A stretch of DNA of 64,000 nucleotides from Gemmatimonadota bacterium (GTDB lineage: Bacteria; Gemmatimonadota; Gemmatimonadetes; Gemmatimonadales; GWC2-71-9): positions 4,068 to 68,067 of the forward strand of contig JADFIT010000002.1 of the NCBI GenBank assembly GCA_022566515.1. Direction: 5' to 3'. The position numbers and the translations under genes are program-made. The notes under the pieces are model-generated. The model had not been told where the DNA came from, did no database searches, and saw only the letters and a list, made by a program, of their open reading frames with translations. Positions 9,237 to 17,635 of the stretch are shown in pieces. How positions within the stretch are numbered: position 1 is the stretch's first letter; each line of letters begins with the position of its first letter.

Positions 9237-10367
9237 TCACCCCCGATTGATGGTTTCCTGCCGCACTGTCAGGTCATCGACCCGGTCCACATCCACGGTA
9301 ACACCCAGCCCTGGTCTCTTGGTCGGGACGGCAACCATGCCCTTGGGGTCCATCGTCCATTCGGGAGTCACGATGTCACGCTCCCAGTACCGCGCGCTCG
9401 GGCTGACGTCTCCGGGCAGCCGAAAATTCGGCAGCGATGCAAGTGCCACGTTGTAAGCTCGGCCGATGCCACTCTCCAGCATTCCACCGCACCAGACGGG
9501 TATGTCGTATTGGGCGCACAGGTTGTGAATCGCTCTCGCCTCGCCGAAGCCACCAACGCGGCCCGGCTTGATGTTGATGATCTGCCCGCTGCCGAGTGCG
9601 ATCATGTCGGCTGCCCGATCGCGGCCGGTGATCGACTCATCGAGGCAGATGGGGGTTCTGAGCCGTTCTTGGAGCTTGGCGTGCTGCACGACGTCGTCCC
9701 AGGCGAGGGGCTGTTCGATCATCATGAGGCCCAAGTCGTCGAACAGGGCCAGGTGGTCAAAGTCGGCAGACGTGTACGCGTTGTTTGCATCCACCATGAG
9801 TGGGGCGTCGGGCCCGACTGCTTCACGAACGGCCGTCAGGTAATCGATGTCTGACCCCGGTCGGATCTTGATCTTGACCTTGCAGTACCCCTCGGCAATT
9901 GCCGCCATGACCTTGTGGATGAGTGCTTTCGGAGTGGGCTGGATGCCCAACGAGATACCCGTGGCGATTTTGTCTCGCGTTCCTCCAATTCGTTTTGCCA
10001 AGCTCACGCCTTCCTGAACCGCAGCCAGAGCCCACACCCCCATTTCGACGGCGGCCTTGGCCATCTTGTGTCCGCGAAAGTCCCTGTCCAGCTCGGGAGC
10101 AACGTCGTCGGGGTGCGCAAACGCTTGACCGATAACTCGAGGTGCGATCCACTCCCGTATGGCCAGCGTGCACGTGTCGATCGTCTCCGGGGAATAATTA
10201 GGTGTCTCACCGGCTACGCACTCCGACCACACAGTCGCACCTTCCATGCTCGTCAACTCCAACAGCAGAATCCGCCGCGTGCTGACGGTCCCCGAGGAAA
10301 TGGTAAAGGGCTCCCGTAACGGCAGGCGGATCTCACGGAGCGTCAACGTTCTGAGAGTCACTGTCAT
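9237..10367 (-). CDS. Enolase superfamily, MLE subgroup: N-succinylamino acid racemase / o-succinylbenzoate synthase (NSAR/OSBS) family
   Basis: KxK motif (CKVKIKI), metal ligands in MVDANNAY / IEQPL / CLDES, second catalytic Lys in INIKPGRVGG, and GGMLESGIGRA. 4-nt overlap with the upstream GNAT gene. Confidence 0.85.
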   Translation of the reverse strand: MTVTLRTLTLREIRLPLREPFTISSGTVSTRRILLLELTSMEGATVWSECVAGETPNYSPETIDTCTLAIREWIAPRVIGQAFAHPDDVAPELDRDFRGHKMAKAAVEMGVWALAAVQEGVSLAKRIGGTRDKIATGISLGIQPTPKALIHKVMAAIAEGYCKVKIKIRPGSDIDYLTAVREAVGPDAPLMVDANNAYTSADFDHLALFDDLGLMMIEQPLAWDDVVQHAKLQERLRTPICLDESITGRDRAADMIALGSGQIINIKPGRVGGFGEARAIHNLCAQYDIPVWCGGMLESGIGRAYNVALASLPNFRLPGDVSPSARYWERDIVTPEWTMDPKGMVAVPTKRPGLGVTVDVDRVDDLTVRQETINRG

Positions 10368-11191
10368 GGGTGTGTCTTGGGTTGATCCTCTGTCGAGAGA
10401 TAGTAATAGCCCCGATCCATGTCCTGGTCACGACGAAACCCCACGATAGCATAATCATGATCCATGTACCACAGCAGTACCTGGCGAGTAACTGCACGCC
10501 AAGTGAGCGCGCTGTCGGGATCGGCTCGCTTGATCGACTGGATGTCTAGTGGGATCGCAACTCGAACGGACGGCGATGTGGGGAACGCTCCATCGCGCAG
10601 CACGGGCTCGCCGTTTGTTTCGGCATCGACCGTGGGGCTGGCAACATCGAGTTCGGTTCCTTCCACGGCTTCACCGCTAAGGATTCTCTCGACCTGTGGT
10701 TCGTCGAGTCTCCACTCGACCACGAATCTGTCCGTGCCCAAGCCGCTGTGCAGCTCGCTACCGGTGTTGCTGCCGTACATATCGGGGATGTACTCGATGG
10801 GACGGGCCCCCAGGAGGTTTATGTTCAGGTGTGCGTTTCCCGCCATGAGAGGGTCATATGTCCAGAACGCCACGTCGATGCCTGCGGCCAGGAGCAGCTC
10901 TCGCTGTAGGGCCTTGAGGCGCCGGCCTATTCCGGTTCCGCGGTATTCCGGGTACACGGCGAGCATGTGGGACCAGTGGGCCGGGCGTCCATCTTTCAGG
11001 CCGCTGATGCCGTATACGAATCCGATTAGCCGCTCGTCGGTGTCAAAGGCGCCCGCCGCAACGCCCCCCACCTTCTGGCTGATCTGAAGTATCGAGACAG
11101 GAACACACTCTGTGAAGTCGCGCCCCCAGGTATCAAGCTGCAGTTTGACGCACTGCTCGTAATCGTTCCTACTCTCGAACGGACGCAACAC
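10364..11191 (-). CDS. GNAT family N-acyltransferase (paralog of 51476-52204)
   Basis: Acyl-CoA binding segment YRGTGIGRRLKALQRE. Clearly alignable with the second GNAT in the window. I chose the GTG at 11191 (after AGGATGAG), which avoids overlap with the upstream permease and matches the paralog N-terminus. Longer ATG starts exist at 11284 and 11332. Confidence 0.75.
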   Translation of the reverse strand: MLRPFESRNDYEQCVKLQLDTWGRDFTECVPVSILQISQKVGGVAAGAFDTDERLIGFVYGISGLKDGRPAHWSHMLAVYPEYRGTGIGRRLKALQRELLLAAGIDVAFWTYDPLMAGNAHLNINLLGARPIEYIPDMYGSNTGSELHSGLGTDRFVVEWRLDEPQVERILSGEAVEGTELDVASPTVDAETNGEPVLRDGAFPTSPSVRVAIPLDIQSIKRADPDSALTWRAVTRQVLLWYMDHDYAIVGFRRDQDMDRGYYYLSTEDQPKTHP

Positions 11192-11229
11192 GATCTCATC
11201 CTGGTCGGACCGGGGTGTGTCACCGGAAC

Positions 11230-12348
11230 TCAAGCTTGGGTCTCCTGCCGAACACCAACACCGGAGCCACGCCGGATTTTCCATATCCCCAACGTAAGGA
11301 CCGGCACGACGAACACTATCAAGAAGAGCCACGTGAGGGTGCCGTACCCCTTCGCGATGAGGTTGATCAGGCCGAAGCTTGCGATCAGGGCCCCGATCAC
11401 CAGCAACGTCAAAGCGATCACGGGGCGGGCATATGGCGGAAGTTCCATTCCCCTTTCACGAAACCGTGTTGCCATTCGTTCGTTGACGGCGTGAATCATC
11501 CCGGTTCCGGTCTCGATGAGCGTTCCGAACAAGACAATCTGGAAGGTCAGCTGAAATGCCCGAGAGCCGAGAATCTCGAGCAGGAAATTGGCCGGGATCG
11601 CCTCTCCCATGATCTCCGGGTATTGACCGACCATGGCGACGTAAAACAGAAGCGCCGGAAACATGGCGATGGGTCCGGTGAGGAGCCCTGCGCCGACCGC
11701 TTCGCGTCGCGTTTTGGCGTGGCGTATGGTAAACAGAATGGCAGGTATGAGCGCCAGGTTATATGCCGCATATTCGATGCCTCCTACGATCCAATCCGTG
11801 TCGAGACCCACCGCGCCGAATCCGGCAACGATGTCTGGGCCGAACCGTATGAAGCACCAAACGAAGAGCACCAGGTAGACCGCATACAGCACAAAGGACC
11901 ATCCGGCGAAGAACTTTTCGATGACGGCGGTGCCGCGAAATACGAGAAACCCCACGGCGATCATGATGGTGATTACACCGAAGGCGTAGGGGAAGCCGAA
12001 CGTATCCTCCAAGATGCTCCCGGCGGCTGCGGCGATGACGGCGAGGATGATCAGCAGAAGCCCGAAATAGCAGATTTCGTATAGGAACCATGCCCTTCCC
12101 AGAAGGTGCTGGAAAAAGCTGCGGTAGTCGTAGGTGCCGTACATGCGGGCGAGTTCGAAGCTCGCAGCGGCTACCGCGCTCCAGATGACGGTCGACACCA
12201 GGACCATCGACAGCAGCCCGCCGAGCGGGCCCCTGGTGAGAAAAAACTCGGCCAGCTCGCGACCGGTGCCGTAGCCCCCTGCGATTACAACCGATTGAAA
12301 GACGAAACCCGGTAAGAAGTAGCGTTTAAAGACCGACTCTCTAATCAA
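11230..12348 (-). CDS. Polytopic membrane protein, YkvI-like putative amino-acid/solute transporter
   Basis: 372 aa, about 10-11 hydrophobic helices. N-terminal VVIAGGYGTGRELAEFFL resembles the YkvI family signature. First gene of the minus-strand cassette. Confidence 0.65.
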   Translation of the reverse strand: MIRESVFKRYFLPGFVFQSVVIAGGYGTGRELAEFFLTRGPLGGLLSMVLVSTVIWSAVAAASFELARMYGTYDYRSFFQHLLGRAWFLYEICYFGLLLIILAVIAAAAGSILEDTFGFPYAFGVITIMIAVGFLVFRGTAVIEKFFAGWSFVLYAVYLVLFVWCFIRFGPDIVAGFGAVGLDTDWIVGGIEYAAYNLALIPAILFTIRHAKTRREAVGAGLLTGPIAMFPALLFYVAMVGQYPEIMGEAIPANFLLEILGSRAFQLTFQIVLFGTLIETGTGMIHAVNERMATRFRERGMELPPYARPVIALTLLVIGALIASFGLINLIAKGYGTLTWLFLIVFVVPVLTLGIWKIRRGSGVGVRQETQA

Positions 12349-12433
12349 AGCTGCCTCGCTTGATATTTGACTCCACAGAGACCACGATTAGTGACCGTAG
12401 CAAGAAAGTTGCCCCCTCCGTCAAGGAAAGCGT

Positions 12434-14845
12434 ATGCGTCTGCTCATCCGCGTTCTGCTGCCGTTGCTCCTGGCCGCCGGATGCTCACTCGGCCAAGGAA
12501 ACATCGCAGCGCGAAGCGACTATCGCGAGGTGGCGGAGCGCCTCACGAATTTCATTCGCCACGAGATGGCTGACAAGGGGCTGCCTGCCCTATCGATCGT
12601 GCTGGTGGACGACCAGGAAACGGTTTGGGCCCAGGGGTTCGGCTACGCCGATCCGGAGGACAGCATTCCGGCTACCGCGCGAACCGTATATCGCGTCGGA
12701 TCGGTCTCGAAACTCTTCACCGACATCGCCATCATGCAACTGGTCGAGCGAGGGCAACTCGACCTCGACGCGGCGATCACGGCGTACCTGCCCGATCTTC
12801 GGCCGGCGAGTCCGTTCCGCGCGATGCCGACACTGCGCCAGCTGATGTCCCACCGCGGCGGTCTGGTTCGCGAGCCCCCGGTGGGCAACTACTTCGACGA
12901 CTCCAGCCCCTCGTTGGCCGCAACCGTCCTGAGCCTCAACAGTACGACGATGGTGTATCCCCCTGAATCACGCGTCAAGTACTCCAATGCCGGCATCGCC
13001 GCGTTGGGATACGTGCTGGAGCGAATTCAGGGCGAGCCCTTTGCCGAGTATCTGGCTCGATCGGTTCTGGAGCCGCTGGGCCTGCGTCACAGCTCGTTTC
13101 AACCTGACCCGGATGTGGTAGCGGAGCTGGCGAAGGCCTACATGTGGACCTATGACGGCCGCACGTTCGAGGCCCCCACGTTTCAGCTCGGCATGGTGCC
13201 TGCGGGAAGCATGTATGCTCCGGTTACCGACCTCGGGCGGTTCATGAGCATGCTTTTCGCCGGCGGGAGAGGAGCAGAGGGAGATGTCATCACTCCTGCC
13301 ACCTTGGATTCGATGCTCACTCCCCAGTTTGCGCCGGCCGATGCTCGGACCGGCTACGGCATAGGGTTCAGGATCTCCGAGTTGGAGGGCCACCGCCGGA
13401 TCGGTCACGGAGGTGCGATATACGGATTTGCCACCGACCTCTCGGCCCTGCCGGATGAGAAACTCGGTGTCGCCTCGGTCACCACCATGGACGGTGCTAA
13501 CACGGTTGTGGGGCGAATCAACGAATACGCGCTCCGGCTCATGCTGGCCGCAAGAGATGGGCGGGGGCGGGGGCGCCCGCTACCCGACGCGGAGATGACG
13601 TCACCGATACCAGCCGACGTGGCGTCGCGAGTCAAAGGGCGTTACGGACACGCAGGCAATCAGGTGGCGGTGGAGATTCTACGGCGCGGGGACAACATGT
13701 ATGCCGTTTTCCCCAACGTTCGTGTGCGGCTGCGGGCCCGGGGCGAGGAACTGGTTACCGACGGACGACTCGGATACGGAGTACGGATCACGCCGCTGCC
13801 GGACGCCATCGTAATCGGCGGGGATACGCTCCATCGAATCTCGGAGAGGCGCCCGCTCCCGGCGCCGGGACGCTGGCGGGGGCTCATTGGCGAATACGGC
13901 TGGGATCACAACACCCTGTACATCTTCGAGAAGGAAGGACGGCTCCACGCGCTGATCGAGTGGTTCTTCATAGACCCTCTGACGGAGATTTCACCGGACG
14001 TCTTCGCCTTCCCGGACGATGCGGGATTGTATCACGGGGAGCGTCTGGTATTCACCAGGGATGCCGAAGGCCGGGCGACGCAGGTGGAGGCAGCCGGCGT
14101 CGTCTTCGAGCGCCGCGAGGTCGGCGCGGCGGAAGGTCTCACGTTCACGATAGATCCCCTCCACCCCGTGGCCGAACTGAGGGAGGCTGCGCTCGCCGCG
14201 TCACCCCCACCCGAGACCCGCGGGCTTCGCGAGCCGGAACTGGTCGAACTGCGATCGTTGGACCCCACGATTGGATACGACATTCGCTACGCTACGACGA
14301 ACAACTTCATGCAAGTCGTCTTCTACGATGAGGGATTAGCGTTTCTCCAACGTCCGGCAGCCGAGGCGCTGGTGCGCGCTCACCGCCGGCTCAGGGAGCG
14401 CGGGTTGGGTCTCTTGATTCACGATGCGTACCGTCCGTGGTACGTCACCAAGATGTTCTGGGACGCCACGCCGGAGGACATGAAGATTTTCGTCGCCAAC
14501 CCGGCCAACGGCTCCCGTCACAACCGGGGTGCGGCTGTGGATCTCACGCTGTTCGATCTGGCAACGGGGCAGCCCGTCCAGATGGTGGGTGGGTATGACG
14601 AATTCTCAGACCGCTCGTTCGCGGACTACTGGGGTGGAACGTCGTTGCAGCGGTGGCACCGGTGGTTGCTGCGCGATGTCATGGAGGCGGAGGGTTTCGA
14701 CGTGTACGAGTTCGAGTGGTGGCACTTCGATTATCGTGACTGGTCGGAGTATCCGATTTCAAATCTGACGTTTCAACAGATCAAGAACGGTTTAGGACGG
14801 AAAGACGGAAGGGCGGAAGGACGGAAGGACGACGGGAATGCCTAA
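12434..14845 (+). CDS. Lipoprotein fusing a serine beta-lactamase/PBP-fold hydrolase, a middle beta-rich region and an M15D D-Ala-D-Ala dipeptidase (VanX/DdpX-like)
   Basis: Signal with Cys (LLLAAGCS). SxxK nucleophile RVGSVSKLFT plus YSN in the N-terminal 370 aa. The C-terminal 200 aa carry IRYATTNNF, DAYRPW, SRHNRGAAVDLTL and EWWHFDY, the VanX-type zinc dipeptidase motifs. Confidence 0.85.
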   Translation: MRLLIRVLLPLLLAAGCSLGQGNIAARSDYREVAERLTNFIRHEMADKGLPALSIVLVDDQETVWAQGFGYADPEDSIPATARTVYRVGSVSKLFTDIAIMQLVERGQLDLDAAITAYLPDLRPASPFRAMPTLRQLMSHRGGLVREPPVGNYFDDSSPSLAATVLSLNSTTMVYPPESRVKYSNAGIAALGYVLERIQGEPFAEYLARSVLEPLGLRHSSFQPDPDVVAELAKAYMWTYDGRTFEAPTFQLGMVPAGSMYAPVTDLGRFMSMLFAGGRGAEGDVITPATLDSMLTPQFAPADARTGYGIGFRISELEGHRRIGHGGAIYGFATDLSALPDEKLGVASVTTMDGANTVVGRINEYALRLMLAARDGRGRGRPLPDAEMTSPIPADVASRVKGRYGHAGNQVAVEILRRGDNMYAVFPNVRVRLRARGEELVTDGRLGYGVRITPLPDAIVIGGDTLHRISERRPLPAPGRWRGLIGEYGWDHNTLYIFEKEGRLHALIEWFFIDPLTEISPDVFAFPDDAGLYHGERLVFTRDAEGRATQVEAAGVVFERREVGAAEGLTFTIDPLHPVAELREAALAASPPPETRGLREPELVELRSLDPTIGYDIRYATTNNFMQVVFYDEGLAFLQRPAAEALVRAHRRLRERGLGLLIHDAYRPWYVTKMFWDATPEDMKIFVANPANGSRHNRGAAVDLTLFDLATGQPVQMVGGYDEFSDRSFADYWGGTSLQRWHRWLLRDVMEAEGFDVYEFEWWHFDYRDWSEYPISNLTFQQIKNGLGRKDGRAEGRKDDGNA

Positions 14846-14855
14846 TTCACATGAC
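14795..14855 (+). repeat. Octamer tandem array (GGACGGAA-like x5) plus conserved 3' flank; copy A of a dispersed element
   Basis: ggacggaa agacggaa gggcggaa ggacggaa ggacgacg followed by ggaatgcctaattcacatgac. 14817-14855 is identical to the reverse complement of 52868-52906. It encodes the tail GRKDGRAEGRKDDGNA and the stop of the 803-aa protein. Confidence 0.85.
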
Positions 14856-14895
14856 GAGATCAAAAACGGTCTGGCTCGAGACGCCGACAACTGTG

Positions 14896-17334
14896 TCAAC
14901 GCCCCTCGCTTTGCAACGCCACCACCGGATCGATCCGCGCCGCGCGAACCGCAGGCAGGTAGGTGGCAACCAATGCGACCAAGCCGAGCACGATCGCGAC
15001 CCCGAAAAAGATCAGCGGATCTCGCGCACTGACACCGTAGAGCTGGCTGGCCATCACGCGACTCAGTGCGGCGGCGCCGAGGAGGCCGATGCCAACGCCC
15101 CATCCCGCTAGCTTGGCTCCTTGGGTCATCACCAGCTTCAATACGTCGCCCGAGTCGGCGCCGATGGCCATGCGGATTCCCAACTCGGCCGTTCGCTGGG
15201 ATACCGAGTACGAGATAACGCCGTAGATACCCACCGCAGCTAGCACCAGCGCGACGGCGGCGAACAGTCCGAGCAACAGCATGGTGAATCGCTCCCGCGC
15301 TACCGACGCCGACAGTACCCGCTCCATGGTCTCGACCCGCGAAATCGGCACGGTGGGATCGACCGCTGCGACCGCTTTGCGTACGGAGGGCATCAGCGCT
15401 TCGGGTTCGCGGGTGGTGCGAACGGTGAAGCTCATTTGACGGAATGGCGCCTGAGCCACGGGGAAGTAGAGCGACGGCTCGGACGCTTGAGCCAGCCCGA
15501 AGTACTTCACGTCTTGCACCACGCCCACGATCTCAAAACGTTCAGTCAGAAAACCACCGAGAGCGAGGTGCGGCGGAAGTCCCGAAATCGCCTCGCCGAT
15601 GGGATCCTCGTTCGGGAAGTACCGCTTTGCGAGTGCCACGTTGATGACCACTGCACCAGGCGCGTCGCCGTGATCTTGGATGGAAAACTCTCTGCCGTTC
15701 ACCAGTCCGATACCCATCGTACCGAAATAATCAGGGGTGATCTGGCGATAGTGCGCGCGCGGCTCCTCTCCCTCGCGCGGCGCCGGTTTGCCCTCGATCG
15801 CGAAGTTGCCAAGGAACGGAACCTCCGGGTCGAACGGCAGGGTGGCCGTTGCCGCGACGGACTGCACGCCGGGAAGATTGCTCAACCGTTCGGTGATCTC
15901 GGCATGGTAATCGGCCACCACGGGAAGCTCGCGATAACCACCGGTCGGCAGATCGAGCTGGAACGTGAGCAGGCCGGTGGCGTTGAAACCGGGATCGGTG
16001 TCGAGCAACAGCGAGAAGCTCCGCACCAGGAGTCCCGCACCGATGACGAGCATCACCGCAAGCGCGATCTCGGTTGTGACCAGCACGCTTCGCAACCGCT
16101 CGCGCCCCACACCGCCCGTCGATCCCTTGCTGGCGTCTTGCAGCGCGGCGTGGATATCGGTGCGTGCCAACCGTAGGAGGGGTGCGAGTCCGAAGGCGAG
16201 GCCGGTGACGGCCGTGGTTCCCAAGGTGAACAGCAGCACGCCACCATCGAGAGTCACTTCATCGAGTCGCGGAAGGTTTACCGGCCCGACGGCGACGAGG
16301 AGATCGATGCCGAGCGCGGCGAGCGCCGTGCCCACTGTGGCGCCCGCGGCGGCGAGCACGATGCTCTCAGTCAAGAGCTGCCGGCCGATTCGCCCGCTGC
16401 CCGCACCCAAAGCCGATCGCACCGCGATCTCCCGCCCGCGGCCGGCCATGCGGGACAGCAGGAGGTTGACCACGTTGACGCACGCGATGAGCAGCAAGAA
16501 AGCGGTGGCGCCGAGGAGGATGAGAAGTGCCGTGCGGGTTTCGCCAACGACGGATTCGTGCAGCGGCATGAGCGTCGTACCGTACGCGCGGTTCCAGTTC
16601 GGATACTCCGCCTCGAGCCTGCTGGCAATGACGGCTAGGTCCGCCCGCGCCGCTTCGATGTCGACGCCGGTGTTTACCCGACCGATCACGTCCATCCATC
16701 GCGCGTAACGGCCGGGATAGGACAAGAGGTATCGGTTGAGCCAGAAGTTGGAATTGCCGGGGAAGTCGAATCCCTCCGGCATGATGCCCACGACGGTGTA
16801 CGACGCCTCCTCGACCGTGATCGACGTGCCGATCACATCGAGATCGCCCCCGAAACGGTTTTGCCAAAAGGCGTGACCCAAGACCATTACCGTGGCCGCG
16901 CCACGCTCCCCGTCCTCGGGGGTAAACGTCCGTCCCAGCAGCGGCGTCACGCCGAGTACGGAGAAGAGATTATCGCCCGCCCACGTACCCGTGACCTTCA
17001 CCGCGCCGCCATCGGGGTCGATCAGGGCCAACTCGGCTTCCGAGTACGCGGCCAGGTCGACGAACGTTTGGTTTCGTTCCTGATAGTCTGCGATGTCCGG
17101 CGGCGACATGAACCCGCGCTCGATCCCCCGCTCGATGTTGGTGGACCACACGCGCACCAACCGATCGGGTTCGTCATACGGCAGGTCTCGCAACAACACC
17201 GCGCTCACCACGCTGAAGATCGCGGTATTGGTGCCGATGCCCAGCGCGATCGTGATGATCGCCACCGCGGAAAAGGCCGGGTGCTTGCGCATGTTGCGGA
17301 GGGCAAATCGGATGTCTTTCAGGAGGATGTCCAT
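14896..17334 (-). CDS. Duplicated FtsX/MacB-type ABC transporter permease (ADOP-type orphan permease)
   Basis: 812 aa. N-terminal MDILLKDIRFALRNMRKHPAFSAVAIITIALGIGTNTAIFSVV is typical of the family. Two FtsX-like 4-TM modules each follow a large extracytoplasmic domain. No adjacent ATPase gene. Confidence 0.85.
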   Translation of the reverse strand: MDILLKDIRFALRNMRKHPAFSAVAIITIALGIGTNTAIFSVVSAVLLRDLPYDEPDRLVRVWSTNIERGIERGFMSPPDIADYQERNQTFVDLAAYSEAELALIDPDGGAVKVTGTWAGDNLFSVLGVTPLLGRTFTPEDGERGAATVMVLGHAFWQNRFGGDLDVIGTSITVEEASYTVVGIMPEGFDFPGNSNFWLNRYLLSYPGRYARWMDVIGRVNTGVDIEAARADLAVIASRLEAEYPNWNRAYGTTLMPLHESVVGETRTALLILLGATAFLLLIACVNVVNLLLSRMAGRGREIAVRSALGAGSGRIGRQLLTESIVLAAAGATVGTALAALGIDLLVAVGPVNLPRLDEVTLDGGVLLFTLGTTAVTGLAFGLAPLLRLARTDIHAALQDASKGSTGGVGRERLRSVLVTTEIALAVMLVIGAGLLVRSFSLLLDTDPGFNATGLLTFQLDLPTGGYRELPVVADYHAEITERLSNLPGVQSVAATATLPFDPEVPFLGNFAIEGKPAPREGEEPRAHYRQITPDYFGTMGIGLVNGREFSIQDHGDAPGAVVINVALAKRYFPNEDPIGEAISGLPPHLALGGFLTERFEIVGVVQDVKYFGLAQASEPSLYFPVAQAPFRQMSFTVRTTREPEALMPSVRKAVAAVDPTVPISRVETMERVLSASVARERFTMLLLGLFAAVALVLAAVGIYGVISYSVSQRTAELGIRMAIGADSGDVLKLVMTQGAKLAGWGVGIGLLGAAALSRVMASQLYGVSARDPLIFFGVAIVLGLVALVATYLPAVRAARIDPVVALQSEGR

Positions 17335-17446
17335 TTAGTCGTTCCGTTCTTGCTTTACTTTGTCGCGATAGCCCAGCCGAGGGAGACGGGGTGAAAACTC
17401 GACCTGGGGGTGCCCACTCCTGGCCGAAAAAAGTAACTCGTTGCTA

Positions 17447-17479
17447 TGTGAAGTGATGTGGGTTCACAGATAGTATAAT
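17447..17479. promoter_or_regulatory. Inverted repeat TGTGAA-N10-TTCACA followed by TATAAT in a divergent AT-rich intergenic region
   Basis: tgtgaagtgatgtgggttcaca (17447-17468) and then tataat (17474-17479), in the 238-bp low-GC spacer between the ADOP permease (minus) and the dehydratase (plus). A direct repeat ATAGTAT x2 flanks the -10-like hexamer. Confidence 0.35.
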
Positions 17480-17635
17480 AGCCTCTTCTATAGTATCATG
17501 ACAAACGCCAAACAGTCCCTCGTCCGGTGCATCGATGCAGCTCGAGACCCCGACAACCGTGAGCCATGAGGTTTGGAGAGTGGGCATGAGGACTCAACCT
17601 ACATCGCTGCCAAGGCGAGTTGGCCTGCACGCGAC

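Noticed and set aside
9237-10367. Annotating the enolase-superfamily gene simply as menC (o-succinylbenzoate synthase)
   Set aside because: No men genes flank it. It is instead sandwiched between a GNAT and an M20 amidohydrolase, the context described for N-succinylamino acid racemases. The family is known to be bifunctional, so I left the gene symbol empty.
11215-12084. 289-aa plus-strand ORF opposite the YkvI-like permease
   Set aside because: Its composition is hydrophilic, H/D/E/R/G-rich and motif-less. The minus-strand frame gives a coherent polytopic membrane protein with a family-like N-terminus.
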